From Deferribacterales bacterium (GTDB lineage: Bacteria > Chrysiogenota > Deferribacteres > Deferribacterales > Geovibrionaceae): a DNA stretch of 64,000 nucleotides. Shown here piece by piece: positions 39,024 through 47,765 of this stretch; position 1 is the first letter of the stretch; every line of letters begins with the position of its first letter. The notes beneath the pieces were generated by a model. The model saw nothing but the letters and a program-made list of their open reading frames with translations. It was not told the origin of the DNA and ran no database searches. A program made the position numbers and the translations under genes. The DNA is taken from contig JBFWJS010000004.1 in NCBI GenBank assembly GCA_050253075.1, positions 192,001 through 256,000 of the forward strand, given 5' to 3'.

Positions 39024-40997
39024 CTATTTTTTTCCCAGTGCAACCATAGCCATGCGCACACATCTGAGGCATCTTGTAGCCTCTTCATATGCTTCGTTCA
39101 GAGTGTATGGTTTTTCAACTTCTTCGTAGTTATCCTTTCTGGCATCTCCGTCCATCTTTTCCTGATGTACTCTGTGGATGGAAGGTGTCTCCATTTCGCA
39201 GACCTTTTCGTTTTTATCAAAGGTTGCGCCTCTTGTTGTCTCGAGTGCTCTCTGGAGAGTCTCGGACTCTGTGAGGTAAGGCTGACCCTCTGTGAGGTAT
39301 CTGTCTATCATTGTGGAAGCCCAGCGAGCAGCACCGATAGCCTTAACAACTGTCATAGGACCCCACTCGCAGTCACCTGCGGAGAATATCTGCGGGTCTG
39401 TTGTGTCGTAAAGGTCGTCGCGCACTTTAAATGTGCTCCACTTTGTAACATCAATGCCGTCTTCTTCTTTAAGGAAGGAGAGGTCAGGGTCCTGACCGAT
39501 GGCAGGGATGATGAAATCGCAGTCGATGATAAACTCAGAACCTTCAACAGGCTGTGGTCTTCTACGTCCTGATTCGTCAGGCTCACCGAGTTCCATTCTC
39601 ACTGCCTCACAACCGATAACCTTGCCGTTTTCGGCAACGACTCTTGTCGGGTTGCAGAGGAAGTGGAAGTTGATCCCCTCTTCGATGGCGTCTGCGATCT
39701 CGTAATCTTCCGCAGGCATCTCCGCACGGGAACGTCTGTATATAAGGTTTACATCCGCAGCACCCTCTCTGAGAGCAACACGGACGCAGTCGATAGCAGT
39801 GTTACCACCGCCGACGACAACTATCTTTTTACCTTTGACTTTTACGTCCTGACCGATCGCCTGCTCATAAAGGAAGTCGATACCGCCCGGGTAAACACCC
39901 TCGTGTCCGTCTTTCTCGCCCTCGATACCCATGGCCTTTGATCTCCATGCGCCGAGTGTGATGAGTACAGCGTCGTAGTTCTTTTTCATGTATGCGAGGT
40001 CTATGTCATCGTTTGGTCCGCCGAATTTTGTGTTGTACTGGATCTCAACACCGAGGGACTGGATGATCTCGCACTCGTGACGAAGTATGTGTCTAGGCTC
40101 GCGGTAGTCTGGGATACCCATGGCAACCATACCGCCGGGCTCGCCGCACATCTCATATATTTTAACATCGTAACCCATAAGGGCGAGGTAGTAAGCACCT
40201 GTGAGTCCCGCAGGACCTGCGCCGATGATACCGACCTTTTTACCTTTGGACTCCATCTTAGGAGGGAGCTCAGGGGTTTTGTTGTTGTAGTATTCGTAGT
40301 CGAAAGGAGTACGTTTAAGGACCATGATGCTAACCGGATCTTCGTCTACCAGTCCTCTGCGGCAGTTAGTCTCGCAAGGGTGAGGGCAGACACGTCCGCA
40401 GACACCCGGAAGGGGCATAGTCTTACGGATAGTGGCAAGAGCATCGATGTATCTGTGGTCTTTGATCTCTTCGATAAATTCAGGAATCGGAACATTCGCA
40501 GGGCAGCCCGCTGTGCAGGGAGCCGTGATATGCTTGTGATATTCGGCAGCGTTCTCGTCAACCTGTGCTTTGATCTGATCTCTGAACTCTCTGAGGAAGG
40601 CTCTCACAGGGACAGTTGATGTAGGAGCAACTGTACACTTCGCAGAATTAAAGATAGACTCGGCCATGTCGATAGCCTTGTCGATGTCCTCGTCAGAGCA
40701 CTGACCGGAGCGGATCTTTAAGAGCTGCTCGGCGAGAAGTTTCGTTCCCACTCGTCCAGGGAAGCAACGACCGCAGCAACCGTCGCTGCTGATCTCTTCC
40801 ATATAGTTTGCAAGTGCGGAGAGCATGTCTACGTTTTCGTCGTAGACTAAGAAGCCGTCCCAGTTGATAAGGGCTTTGAGCGGCTTGCCTCTGTACTCGT
40901 CAGGAGTCTTGATAGGAGAATCACTCCACTCCTCCTTGCTTTTACCTCTGTTGTCTAGCTTGGTATCCTTATAGTACCCGTAGCAAATTTGTGCCAT
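39024..40997 (-). CDS. GltD-like NADPH-dependent flavoprotein beta subunit (SfrB-like)
   Basis: NuoF-type CCGRCFPG; APCTAGCP, CGRVCPHPCE; GAGPAG; GGGNTAID; YRRS; C-terminal EATRCLRC. Confidence 0.85.
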   Translation of the reverse strand: MAQICYGYYKDTKLDNRGKSKEEWSDSPIKTPDEYRGKPLKALINWDGFLVYDENVDMLSALANYMEEISSDGCCGRCFPGRVGTKLLAEQLLKIRSGQCSDEDIDKAIDMAESIFNSAKCTVAPTSTVPVRAFLREFRDQIKAQVDENAAEYHKHITAPCTAGCPANVPIPEFIEEIKDHRYIDALATIRKTMPLPGVCGRVCPHPCETNCRRGLVDEDPVSIMVLKRTPFDYEYYNNKTPELPPKMESKGKKVGIIGAGPAGLTGAYYLALMGYDVKIYEMCGEPGGMVAMGIPDYREPRHILRHECEIIQSLGVEIQYNTKFGGPNDDIDLAYMKKNYDAVLITLGAWRSKAMGIEGEKDGHEGVYPGGIDFLYEQAIGQDVKVKGKKIVVVGGGNTAIDCVRVALREGAADVNLIYRRSRAEMPAEDYEIADAIEEGINFHFLCNPTRVVAENGKVIGCEAVRMELGEPDESGRRRPQPVEGSEFIIDCDFIIPAIGQDPDLSFLKEEDGIDVTKWSTFKVRDDLYDTTDPQIFSAGDCEWGPMTVVKAIGAARWASTMIDRYLTEGQPYLTESETLQRALETTRGATFDKNEKVCEMETPSIHRVHQEKMDGDARKDNYEEVEKPYTLNEAYEEATRCLRCVRMAMVALGKK

Positions 40998-41290
40998 TAC
41001 ACACTCCACGGAAATTTATGTTTATGCATTATTTATGCGCTTATACGGCAATGGTATACTGTATACAATTTCGTATAACACAATTCTATATTCATGTCTA
41101 TAACTTTATTATAGTTCGAATCATAACTGAAAAGGTCCTTTGAACCCCTGAAAAACTTTACTGGTTATACACTTTCGGGGACAAGATTACAACCCCATAC
41201 ATGAACTTATGCTCTACATTTTACATAACGGACTTTATTATGTTTACGGATAAGGCTACAATGTTTTATTATAGTGTCAGAGGTGTTTTT

Positions 41291-41806
41291 GTGAAAAAAG
41301 CTGCATATTTTTGTTTTTTTATATTTCTTACGGCGACATCATTCGCCTCAAAACTTGATATTAATATAATATATGAGGCATCCAGCATGAAGGTGAAAGA
41401 GACCGTCTGCGGATGGCAGCCTGACCTTTCAAAGGGGTATATCGATGCAGGTGAAGACTGTTATACAACAGGCTATACCCTTGATGTACCTATGTTTGGC
41501 TTCACTTTCGAGCCCATATCCGGGCCTCTGCCTCAGGCCGCAAAGGTGGCTTACTATCTTTCATTTTTCGACTCTGTCGTACCCACCGACGACCATGTGA
41601 AAACAGAGGTCATCAAGGACGGCAGCGTGAAGGAAACCATCAAAGGCGTTAAGCACGACAGAACCTTTCAGGGGCTGGCGATTCTGGATGCGGGCGAGAC
41701 AATCCGATTCACTTCCAAGAATGAGCCTTCATACTATTACATTTATATAATTGCTGTTCTATTTGTCGGCGCAGGCGTGTTTCTCATCCTTAGGAAAAAG
41801 GGATGA
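41291..41806 (+). CDS. Hypothetical exported protein with C-terminal TM anchor
   Basis: GTG start after AGAGG; signal peptide ending SFA; C-terminal TM followed by RKKG. Confidence 0.65.
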   Translation: MKKAAYFCFFIFLTATSFASKLDINIIYEASSMKVKETVCGWQPDLSKGYIDAGEDCYTTGYTLDVPMFGFTFEPISGPLPQAAKVAYYLSFFDSVVPTDDHVKTEVIKDGSVKETIKGVKHDRTFQGLAILDAGETIRFTSKNEPSYYYIYIIAVLFVGAGVFLILRKKG

Positions 41807-42675
41807 GCATCTGCCTCTTCACCGCTAATTATATAGGCGGACTGCTGCTTGCGGAGCTGGACAAACGCAATTTTTATCCTGAGGTGGTGACATACACCAA
41901 AGGATTTCAGAGGACATCTCTGGCAAAGGATCTGGGCAGTTTCCGCAGAGAATTCGCCATGCGGTTCATCGCTTCGAACAGCTACCTCACATGTGAGAAC
42001 CTCCCCGACCTCTCGGGCAAGACCGTCGTGTGCGTGGACTGGACAAAGGACTTTTTCAAAGGCTCTGATGTTCAGGCGGTGTTCGCACACCCTTCCCTGC
42101 TCCCTGCATACAGGGGTTATTCCGCCGTTACGGAGCAGTTTGTCCGAGGCGTGACAGTTAGCGGAGCATCATTTTATAAGCAGTCGGATAAGGTCGACGG
42201 AGGGGACGTCATCCAACGTCAGGATATCCGCATCGACTATCAGGACTATCCTCTGGATTTCCTGAATAAATACGCCTCTGCCTGTGCGGACTTTATCATA
42301 GACATAAACCGCAAGGGTGAAGATGCCTATACCCCCGAACCCCAAAACGAAGAAGAGGCATTCTACCTTCAGCGAAAGCGTGGAAAGGACTCTATCATCG
42401 ACTTCAACCGTGACGCATTCAGCCTTTATAACCACATCAGAGGATACAGCAGACCGTTTTTCGGTGCTTATTATATATATAAAGGTAATAAGGTGGTCGT
42501 CTGGAATGCCAGCACAGAGGTTTGGCAGGGGGACTACGGCAAGCCCGGCACGGTTATAAACGTATCCGACGAAGGGGCAGAGATAGCCTGCGGAAGCGGA
42601 AGCATCACCATCAAAGAAGCCGAGATAAACGGACACATGTATGACGGCTCGAGACTGGGCATATTGGCGGAATAA
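41803..42675 (+). CDS. Formyltransferase-family protein (Fmt/ArnA-N-like)
   Basis: HPSLLPAYRG, VDGGD, Formyl_trans_C-like tail (IRGYSRPFFGA; PGTV; IACGSG). Confidence 0.78.
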   Translation: MSICLFTANYIGGLLLAELDKRNFYPEVVTYTKGFQRTSLAKDLGSFRREFAMRFIASNSYLTCENLPDLSGKTVVCVDWTKDFFKGSDVQAVFAHPSLLPAYRGYSAVTEQFVRGVTVSGASFYKQSDKVDGGDVIQRQDIRIDYQDYPLDFLNKYASACADFIIDINRKGEDAYTPEPQNEEEAFYLQRKRGKDSIIDFNRDAFSLYNHIRGYSRPFFGAYYIYKGNKVVVWNASTEVWQGDYGKPGTVINVSDEGAEIACGSGSITIKEAEINGHMYDGSRLGILAE

Positions 42676-42690
42676 GGCTTGAAATATTAA

Positions 42691-42778
42691 GTCATTGCGA
42701 ACATGCGTGAAGCAATCTTAGGATTTATACAAGCCCTAAGACTGCCGCGTCAGAGCCAAGCCTCTTCCTCGCAGTGAC
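42691..42778. repeat. REP-like palindromic element (GTCAT...GTGAC)
   Basis: GTCATTGCGA pairs with TCGCAGTGAC; inner GCAATCTTAGG pairs with CCTAAGACTGC. Confidence 0.65.
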
Positions 42779-42794
42779 GGGAAAATATGGAAAC

Positions 42795-42821
42795 AAAAAA
42801 GGCGGCCCGAAAGCCGCCTTT
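42795..42821 (-). terminator. Terminator after the pilin gene
   Basis: AAAAAAGGCGGC-CCGAAA-GCCGCCTTT. Confidence 0.78.
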
Positions 42822-42843
42822 ATATTTTAAACTAGATTATTGA

Positions 42844-43398
42844 TTAGTCCAGCTGTATGCAAATCTTGTAAGATGCTCCAGCAGTAGCGTAATCATCAGT
42901 AGCAGCAGCAGTACCTGTTGTTGCACCTCTAATGGTTCCTGTATCAGATATACCGTCATCAAATGTAGTGTCGAAGCGTAATGCATCAGTAGCATTTATA
43001 CCTGTAAAGCAAACTGCGTTTTTAGTAAAACCGTAGAGAACTGACTCCACACTGATGTCTCCGCCATATGTATGAGTAGGAAGAGTTGTGCCGTCAGGAC
43101 CTGAATAAAATCCGTTTGCAGTAACATCTGCCCAGAACTGAGTTGATTCTGATCCGGAGCCGACAGTAACACCTGTCTCTATCAAGCTGTCATTATCGCC
43201 TGCATTGTCTCCAGGAAGCTGATTGAATCTATCATAGTAGCCGAATGTGGCATACTCAACCTGCTGAAATTCTCTGTAAAGACCTTTTACTTTTGCGCTG
43301 TTTACAAGTTCCTGACCTTTGATAACTCCGCCGAGAATAACACCGATAATAACGAGTACTATCGCAAGCTCGACGAGTGTAAAACCTTTCTGGTTCAT
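42844..43398 (-). CDS. Type IV pilin/pseudopilin (prepilin N-methylation motif)
   Basis: QKG|FTLVELAIVLVIIGVILG; two C-terminal Cys; GGAGG RBS. Confidence 0.88.
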   Translation of the reverse strand: MNQKGFTLVELAIVLVIIGVILGGVIKGQELVNSAKVKGLYREFQQVEYATFGYYDRFNQLPGDNAGDNDSLIETGVTVGSGSESTQFWADVTANGFYSGPDGTTLPTHTYGGDISVESVLYGFTKNAVCFTGINATDALRFDTTFDDGISDTGTIRGATTGTAAATDDYATAGASYKICIQLD

Positions 43399-43436
43399 AC
43401 ATCCCCTCCGTATGAATAAATTTTCTATATACTTTG

Positions 43437-43464
43437 ATTATCGTACAAATCTTGTATATGTCAA
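43437..43464 (-). promoter_or_regulatory. Sigma-70-type promoter of the pilin gene
   Basis: Minus strand TTGACA-N16-GATAAT. Confidence 0.5.
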
Positions 43465-43498
43465 CATGGAAAATGTTTTTACATTACTTCTGCATTTT

Positions 43499-43987
43499 TC
43501 AGAAAAGGTAGCCTACTTCCAGATAGATAGCGAAGAAGCCCGCTCCCATTTTTGTAAATGTGCCGATGAACCTGCCGAAGAGGACACCCTTCGCCTTTTC
43601 CCTCGCACGGGGCCAGCTCGCTCCTGTGGCCAGTTCGTAGCCGAGCGTACCTAAATATGCACCGAGGAACGTACCCAAAACAGCACCAAGCCCCATAAAG
43701 AGCGGAGCGAAAAGTATACCCATAACGATGGCACAAATGATGGAAAACCAAAGGCCTTTGGAAGATATGCCGTAGCGTTTGCCTATCACAAATGAGGAGT
43801 AAAACTCCGCCGCTTCCCCTGCGATGATGATGATAAGCACGGATATGAACAGCTTCAGCCCGATGTATCCGCTGAGAAACATGATGAGCGGAAATATAAG
43901 CGAGATAAACCCGCCCGGCAGACCTACAATATTTGTAAGAACAGCAACGGACTGCAGCCCGATGAGAATATATTTAATAGTTTCCAT
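43499..43987 (-). CDS. DUF456-family membrane protein
   Basis: GLPG, KRYG.S..G, G...G.FLGAYLG...YEL pattern. Confidence 0.75.
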   Translation of the reverse strand: METIKYILIGLQSVAVLTNIVGLPGGFISLIFPLIMFLSGYIGLKLFISVLIIIIAGEAAEFYSSFVIGKRYGISSKGLWFSIICAIVMGILFAPLFMGLGAVLGTFLGAYLGTLGYELATGASWPRAREKAKGVLFGRFIGTFTKMGAGFFAIYLEVGYLF

Positions 43988-44023
43988 ATGGCATTTTACA
44001 CGGAAAATCATTAAAATCAAATC

Positions 44024-44665
44024 ATGTTAACAAAGGATTTTTTTCATCGTGATGCGATGCTTGTGGCGAAGGAACTGCTCGGCAAAGTCATCCGTAAAAA
44101 GCACGGCGGGGTCATGCTCTCCGCCATGATAGTCGAGACCGAGTGCTACTACCTCAGCGACAAAGGGAGCCATGCATCGCTCGGCTATACGGAAAAGCGG
44201 AAAGCGCTCTTCATGGATGGCGGTACAATATATATGTACTATGCCAGAGGGAAAGATTCGCTGAATATCAGCAGTATGGGCGAAGGGAACGCAGTGCTCA
44301 TAAAGGGCGCAATACCATACACGGACGAGATCAGCCCGCCCGAAACCATAAACATAATGCAGGCGAACAACCCCATGCCCGACGGAAGCAGGCGGGACGT
44401 GAAAAGGCTCTGCTCGGGGCAGACACTGCTGTGTACATCACTGGGGCTGAAGCTGACCGACTGGGACGGGAAGCAGTTCGCCGAGGGCGAATTTTACCTC
44501 GAAGATGTAGACTATACCCCAGAAAAGATAATACAGACCACACGACTCGGCATTCCAAAGGGGCGTGACGAAGACCTGCCGTATCGGTTCGTAAGCTATG
44601 ATCATGCCGACAGGTGCACATCAAACCCTCTGACAAAAAGAGAAAAGAACTATATAATCATATGA
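44024..44665 (+). CDS. mpg: DNA-3-methyladenine glycosylase (Mpg/AAG family)
   Basis: VAKELLGK, IVETECY, IYMY, AVLIK, LCSGQ, TTRLGI. Confidence 0.88.
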   Translation: MLTKDFFHRDAMLVAKELLGKVIRKKHGGVMLSAMIVETECYYLSDKGSHASLGYTEKRKALFMDGGTIYMYYARGKDSLNISSMGEGNAVLIKGAIPYTDEISPPETINIMQANNPMPDGSRRDVKRLCSGQTLLCTSLGLKLTDWDGKQFAEGEFYLEDVDYTPEKIIQTTRLGIPKGRDEDLPYRFVSYDHADRCTSNPLTKREKNYIII

Positions 44666-45327
44666 TGAAACTGCCGAAGATATTCCGAAAAAAAACACTT
44701 AATGATGCCGTTGAGTACCTCGACAAAGGGAAAGTGAATAAAGCGCTGAAGGTGCTGAATGCGAACCTGCACGACAAAAACGCATGCGCCATGCTCGCAC
44801 ACATGTATGAGCACGGCAGCGGTGTGCCGAAGAATATAAAAAAGGCTCTACAGATGTATATACGTGCGGCGAAGCTGGGCTCTGCGGAGGCGAAATACCT
44901 GCTGGGCACATTCTTCAGCAGCGGAACATACATAGAGAGAAGCACGGAAAAGGCTTTTATTTTTTACAAAGAAGCCGCAGACGGCGGGATGCCGGAGGCA
45001 CAGTATAAGACAGGGCTTTTCTATCTTTTCGGTTATCTGGGGAATAAGGATCTGGACATGGCTTTCAGATATTTCGAAATGGGGGCAAAGCAGGGACACG
45101 CAAAATCCCAAAACAGACTTGGGCTCCTCTATGCAGGGGGCAGAGGCACGCTGAAATCAGACGAAGATGCCGTATACTGGTACCGCAAAGCAGCAGAGCA
45201 GGGACACGGCGAAGCCATGTATAACCTCGGCTGTATGCTGACAGGCGGACGTGGCGGAAAGCGTGATAACAAAGAAGCCCTGAAATGGTTCAATATGGCT
45301 GCAAAGGTTTACAACGCCATGCCCTGA
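44662..45327 (+). CDS. Sel1-repeat protein
   Basis: Repeated AQ..LG..Y..G.G....A..WY.KAA.QG units. Confidence 0.9.
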   Translation: MMKLPKIFRKKTLNDAVEYLDKGKVNKALKVLNANLHDKNACAMLAHMYEHGSGVPKNIKKALQMYIRAAKLGSAEAKYLLGTFFSSGTYIERSTEKAFIFYKEAADGGMPEAQYKTGLFYLFGYLGNKDLDMAFRYFEMGAKQGHAKSQNRLGLLYAGGRGTLKSDEDAVYWYRKAAEQGHGEAMYNLGCMLTGGRGGKRDNKEALKWFNMAAKVYNAMP

Positions 45328-45533
45328 ATCTTTGCCAGCAGATCGTCCTCATCCGGGAAGACACCCGTCTGCTTCTTAGAATAAATGAGCTCTCCGTTCA
45401 CACTTATCTCAAACACACCGCCGGAGCCTCTTATCAGCTCCACATTTTTTCCTGTTAGTTTTTTGATCTTCTCTGCGACACGCGCAGCTCTCGGCTGATA
45501 GTTTCACATTCCGCAGTATTCTATCTTGATCAT
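45309..45533 (-). CDS. SelW/SelT/SelH (Rdx) family selenoprotein, 74 aa, Sec at codon 10
   Basis: Not in ORF track. Translation MIKIEYCGM-U-NYQPRAARVAEKIKKLTGKNVELIRGSGGVFEISVNGELIYSKKQTGVFPDEDDLLAKIQGMAL. In-frame TGA at 45504-45506; GGGGG RBS; SECIS-like hairpin downstream. Confidence 0.9.
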
Positions 45534-45689
45534 ATTACCCCCTGTTTCAAGTATTTACATATCATACACCTTAGATATTTTCCCAACAATCGAACTTTTT
45601 GACGTTTAGATTGTTAAATTCTTGTAATAACAGTTCTTTGCAAACATACATAACATTGCGTATAAAATAACGGTAGGATATACTCTTCT

Positions 45690-47765
45690 ATGGATAGATT
45701 ATTAACATTATCTCGAATCACAATACTTGTAATAGCCTTTATCACAGTATCCTGCGGGCAGTCGGCCAATAATGAAGACGGAGCAGCAACGCCTATTATC
45801 ATGCACCTCGGCATGAATATGGGCAAAGACAGCGTCATGTATGAGGCGGCAGAGCTTTTAAAGCAGTCGATAGCAAAAGATACCGGGGGAAAGGTTCAGC
45901 TTCAGATACACCCTTCGCAGGCGCTGGGCAATGATCAGCAGATGGTGGAGATGTGCATCACGGGCAGGCTGGACATGGCGATCATCCCAACGGCTAAAAT
46001 AAGCTACATTGCGCCTTCATTCTCATTCTTTGATCTGCCTTTTTATCTGCCTGAGCGGGAGGACGTTTATACGCTCCTAGACGGTGAGTTCGGAGATCTG
46101 CTCATGAGCAGGCTCGAGCCATTCGGACTGAAAGGCATCACGGTGTGGGAGAACGGATTCAAGCAGTTCACCGCAAACACGCCTCTGAAGATCCCCGAAG
46201 ACTATGAGGGACAGGTCTTCCGCATTATGAATAATCCGGTGATATATGACCAGTTCAGAGCACTGGGCGCACAGCCCGTGCCCATAGATTTTTATAAGAC
46301 CCTGTCGGCTCTGAAAGACGGCGCAGTAGACGGTCAGGAAAACCCAATCAGCGCCATATACCACATGAATTTTTATAGATATCAGAAGTATCTGACTGTG
46401 AGTAACCATGCCTATCTCGGATATGTCTTTATAATGAGCTCCTCCGCCCTAGACAAACTGACGCCAGAGGAGAGAGAACTCGTGACATCCAGAATAAAAA
46501 GCCTGACACCGTATCAGAGAAACAGGATACTTCTGGATGAAAGCGGTCAGCTCGAAGACATCATCGAAAGCGGTGTCACGGTGAATTACCTCACGCAGGA
46601 AGACAAACAGTTATTTGACAAAAAGTTATTTGAACTGAGGAATAAATACTGGACGCTAATAGGCGACGACCTGATGAACATAGCCGACGATTATCTCTCG
46701 GCAAAATATGACAGGCACAACAGCGACACATACGCAATAGGCATATCCGTTCCTCTGACAGGATTCAAAGCTCAGGTGGGACAGGCAGTGCTGACAGGCA
46801 TGCAGATGGCCGTGGAGGAGATAAACCGTAACGGCGGAATAAAAGGAAAGATGCTCCGCATAGTACAGCTGGACAACAAGAACAGCGACGAAATACATAT
46901 GAAAAATCTGGAAATACTCAGCAAATATAAAAATCTGCTTGGGATATATGCAGGCGAATCCCCTGAAAGAACCGCAGCGGGGATAGAGTACGCATCCTCT
47001 GCGGGGATACCGTTCATCTCTGCCATACATCCGCCTTCGGAAGGGTATAAAGAAAACCCGCTGGTTTTCAGCATAACAGGCAGGCTGGACGACATAGCAG
47101 ACGCCATAGCGACTGAGTCGTTACTGACATCGAAGAAGTCTGCGATAATAACCGTGAACGACCACAGTGCCTCCACAATTGCCGAAAAGATATTCATGAA
47201 ACTGAACCGGAAGGACGCACCGCCTATCATACTTAAACAGTTCGCCATTGCGGAAGACAGCTTTATGCCGATGATAAGCGAGCTTAGCTCTCTGGGTGTG
47301 GAAAATGTTATTTATGTGGGTTCTTCGATGGAGTTGATAACTTTTATCAACGCAGCCAAAACACTAGGTAAGTCATTCAGAATAATAGCAAATAACAGCA
47401 TTTGCGGTAATGCCGCATTCAAAGAACTGGTTGATATTTCAAAAGGAATGGATGTAAAGTATCTAGTTCCGATTAATATGGAAACTATTAATAATAAGAA
47501 ACTTAACGAAGTATATAACCAATGCACGATGTGCCCACAGGACTATGATATCCCGCCGATATCACTGAACACATACGACATCACCATGATGCTGGCAAAG
47601 GCTGCCGAACGATCTGAGCAGACAGACAGCAAAAGCATTGTAAAAAACCTGTCGGAGACTGAGTCTTTCGACGGAATAGCAAAGAAATACACAAGGCCCT
47701 TCGGCGGAGAAATAAAAGAAGCCGTTACTAAAAATGATTTAGGATTTAGAACAATCGGAGATTAA
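45690..47765 (+). CDS. Lipoprotein fusing a TRAP DctP domain to a LivK-type periplasmic binding domain
   Basis: Lipobox TVSC; DctP motifs (FDLPF, WENGFKQFT, GAVDGQENP); then IGISVPLTG...GMQMAVEEINRNGGIKGK of the LivK family. Confidence 0.82.
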   Translation: MDRLLTLSRITILVIAFITVSCGQSANNEDGAATPIIMHLGMNMGKDSVMYEAAELLKQSIAKDTGGKVQLQIHPSQALGNDQQMVEMCITGRLDMAIIPTAKISYIAPSFSFFDLPFYLPEREDVYTLLDGEFGDLLMSRLEPFGLKGITVWENGFKQFTANTPLKIPEDYEGQVFRIMNNPVIYDQFRALGAQPVPIDFYKTLSALKDGAVDGQENPISAIYHMNFYRYQKYLTVSNHAYLGYVFIMSSSALDKLTPEERELVTSRIKSLTPYQRNRILLDESGQLEDIIESGVTVNYLTQEDKQLFDKKLFELRNKYWTLIGDDLMNIADDYLSAKYDRHNSDTYAIGISVPLTGFKAQVGQAVLTGMQMAVEEINRNGGIKGKMLRIVQLDNKNSDEIHMKNLEILSKYKNLLGIYAGESPERTAAGIEYASSAGIPFISAIHPPSEGYKENPLVFSITGRLDDIADAIATESLLTSKKSAIITVNDHSASTIAEKIFMKLNRKDAPPIILKQFAIAEDSFMPMISELSSLGVENVIYVGSSMELITFINAAKTLGKSFRIIANNSICGNAAFKELVDISKGMDVKYLVPINMETINNKKLNEVYNQCTMCPQDYDIPPISLNTYDITMMLAKAAERSEQTDSKSIVKNLSETESFDGIAKKYTRPFGGEIKEAVTKNDLGFRTIGD

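Noticed and set aside
42844..43398. Electrically conductive pilin
   Set aside because: Aromatic content is about 11%, but there is a 34-residue aromatic-free gap after F1 and the usual N-terminal aromatic positions are absent.
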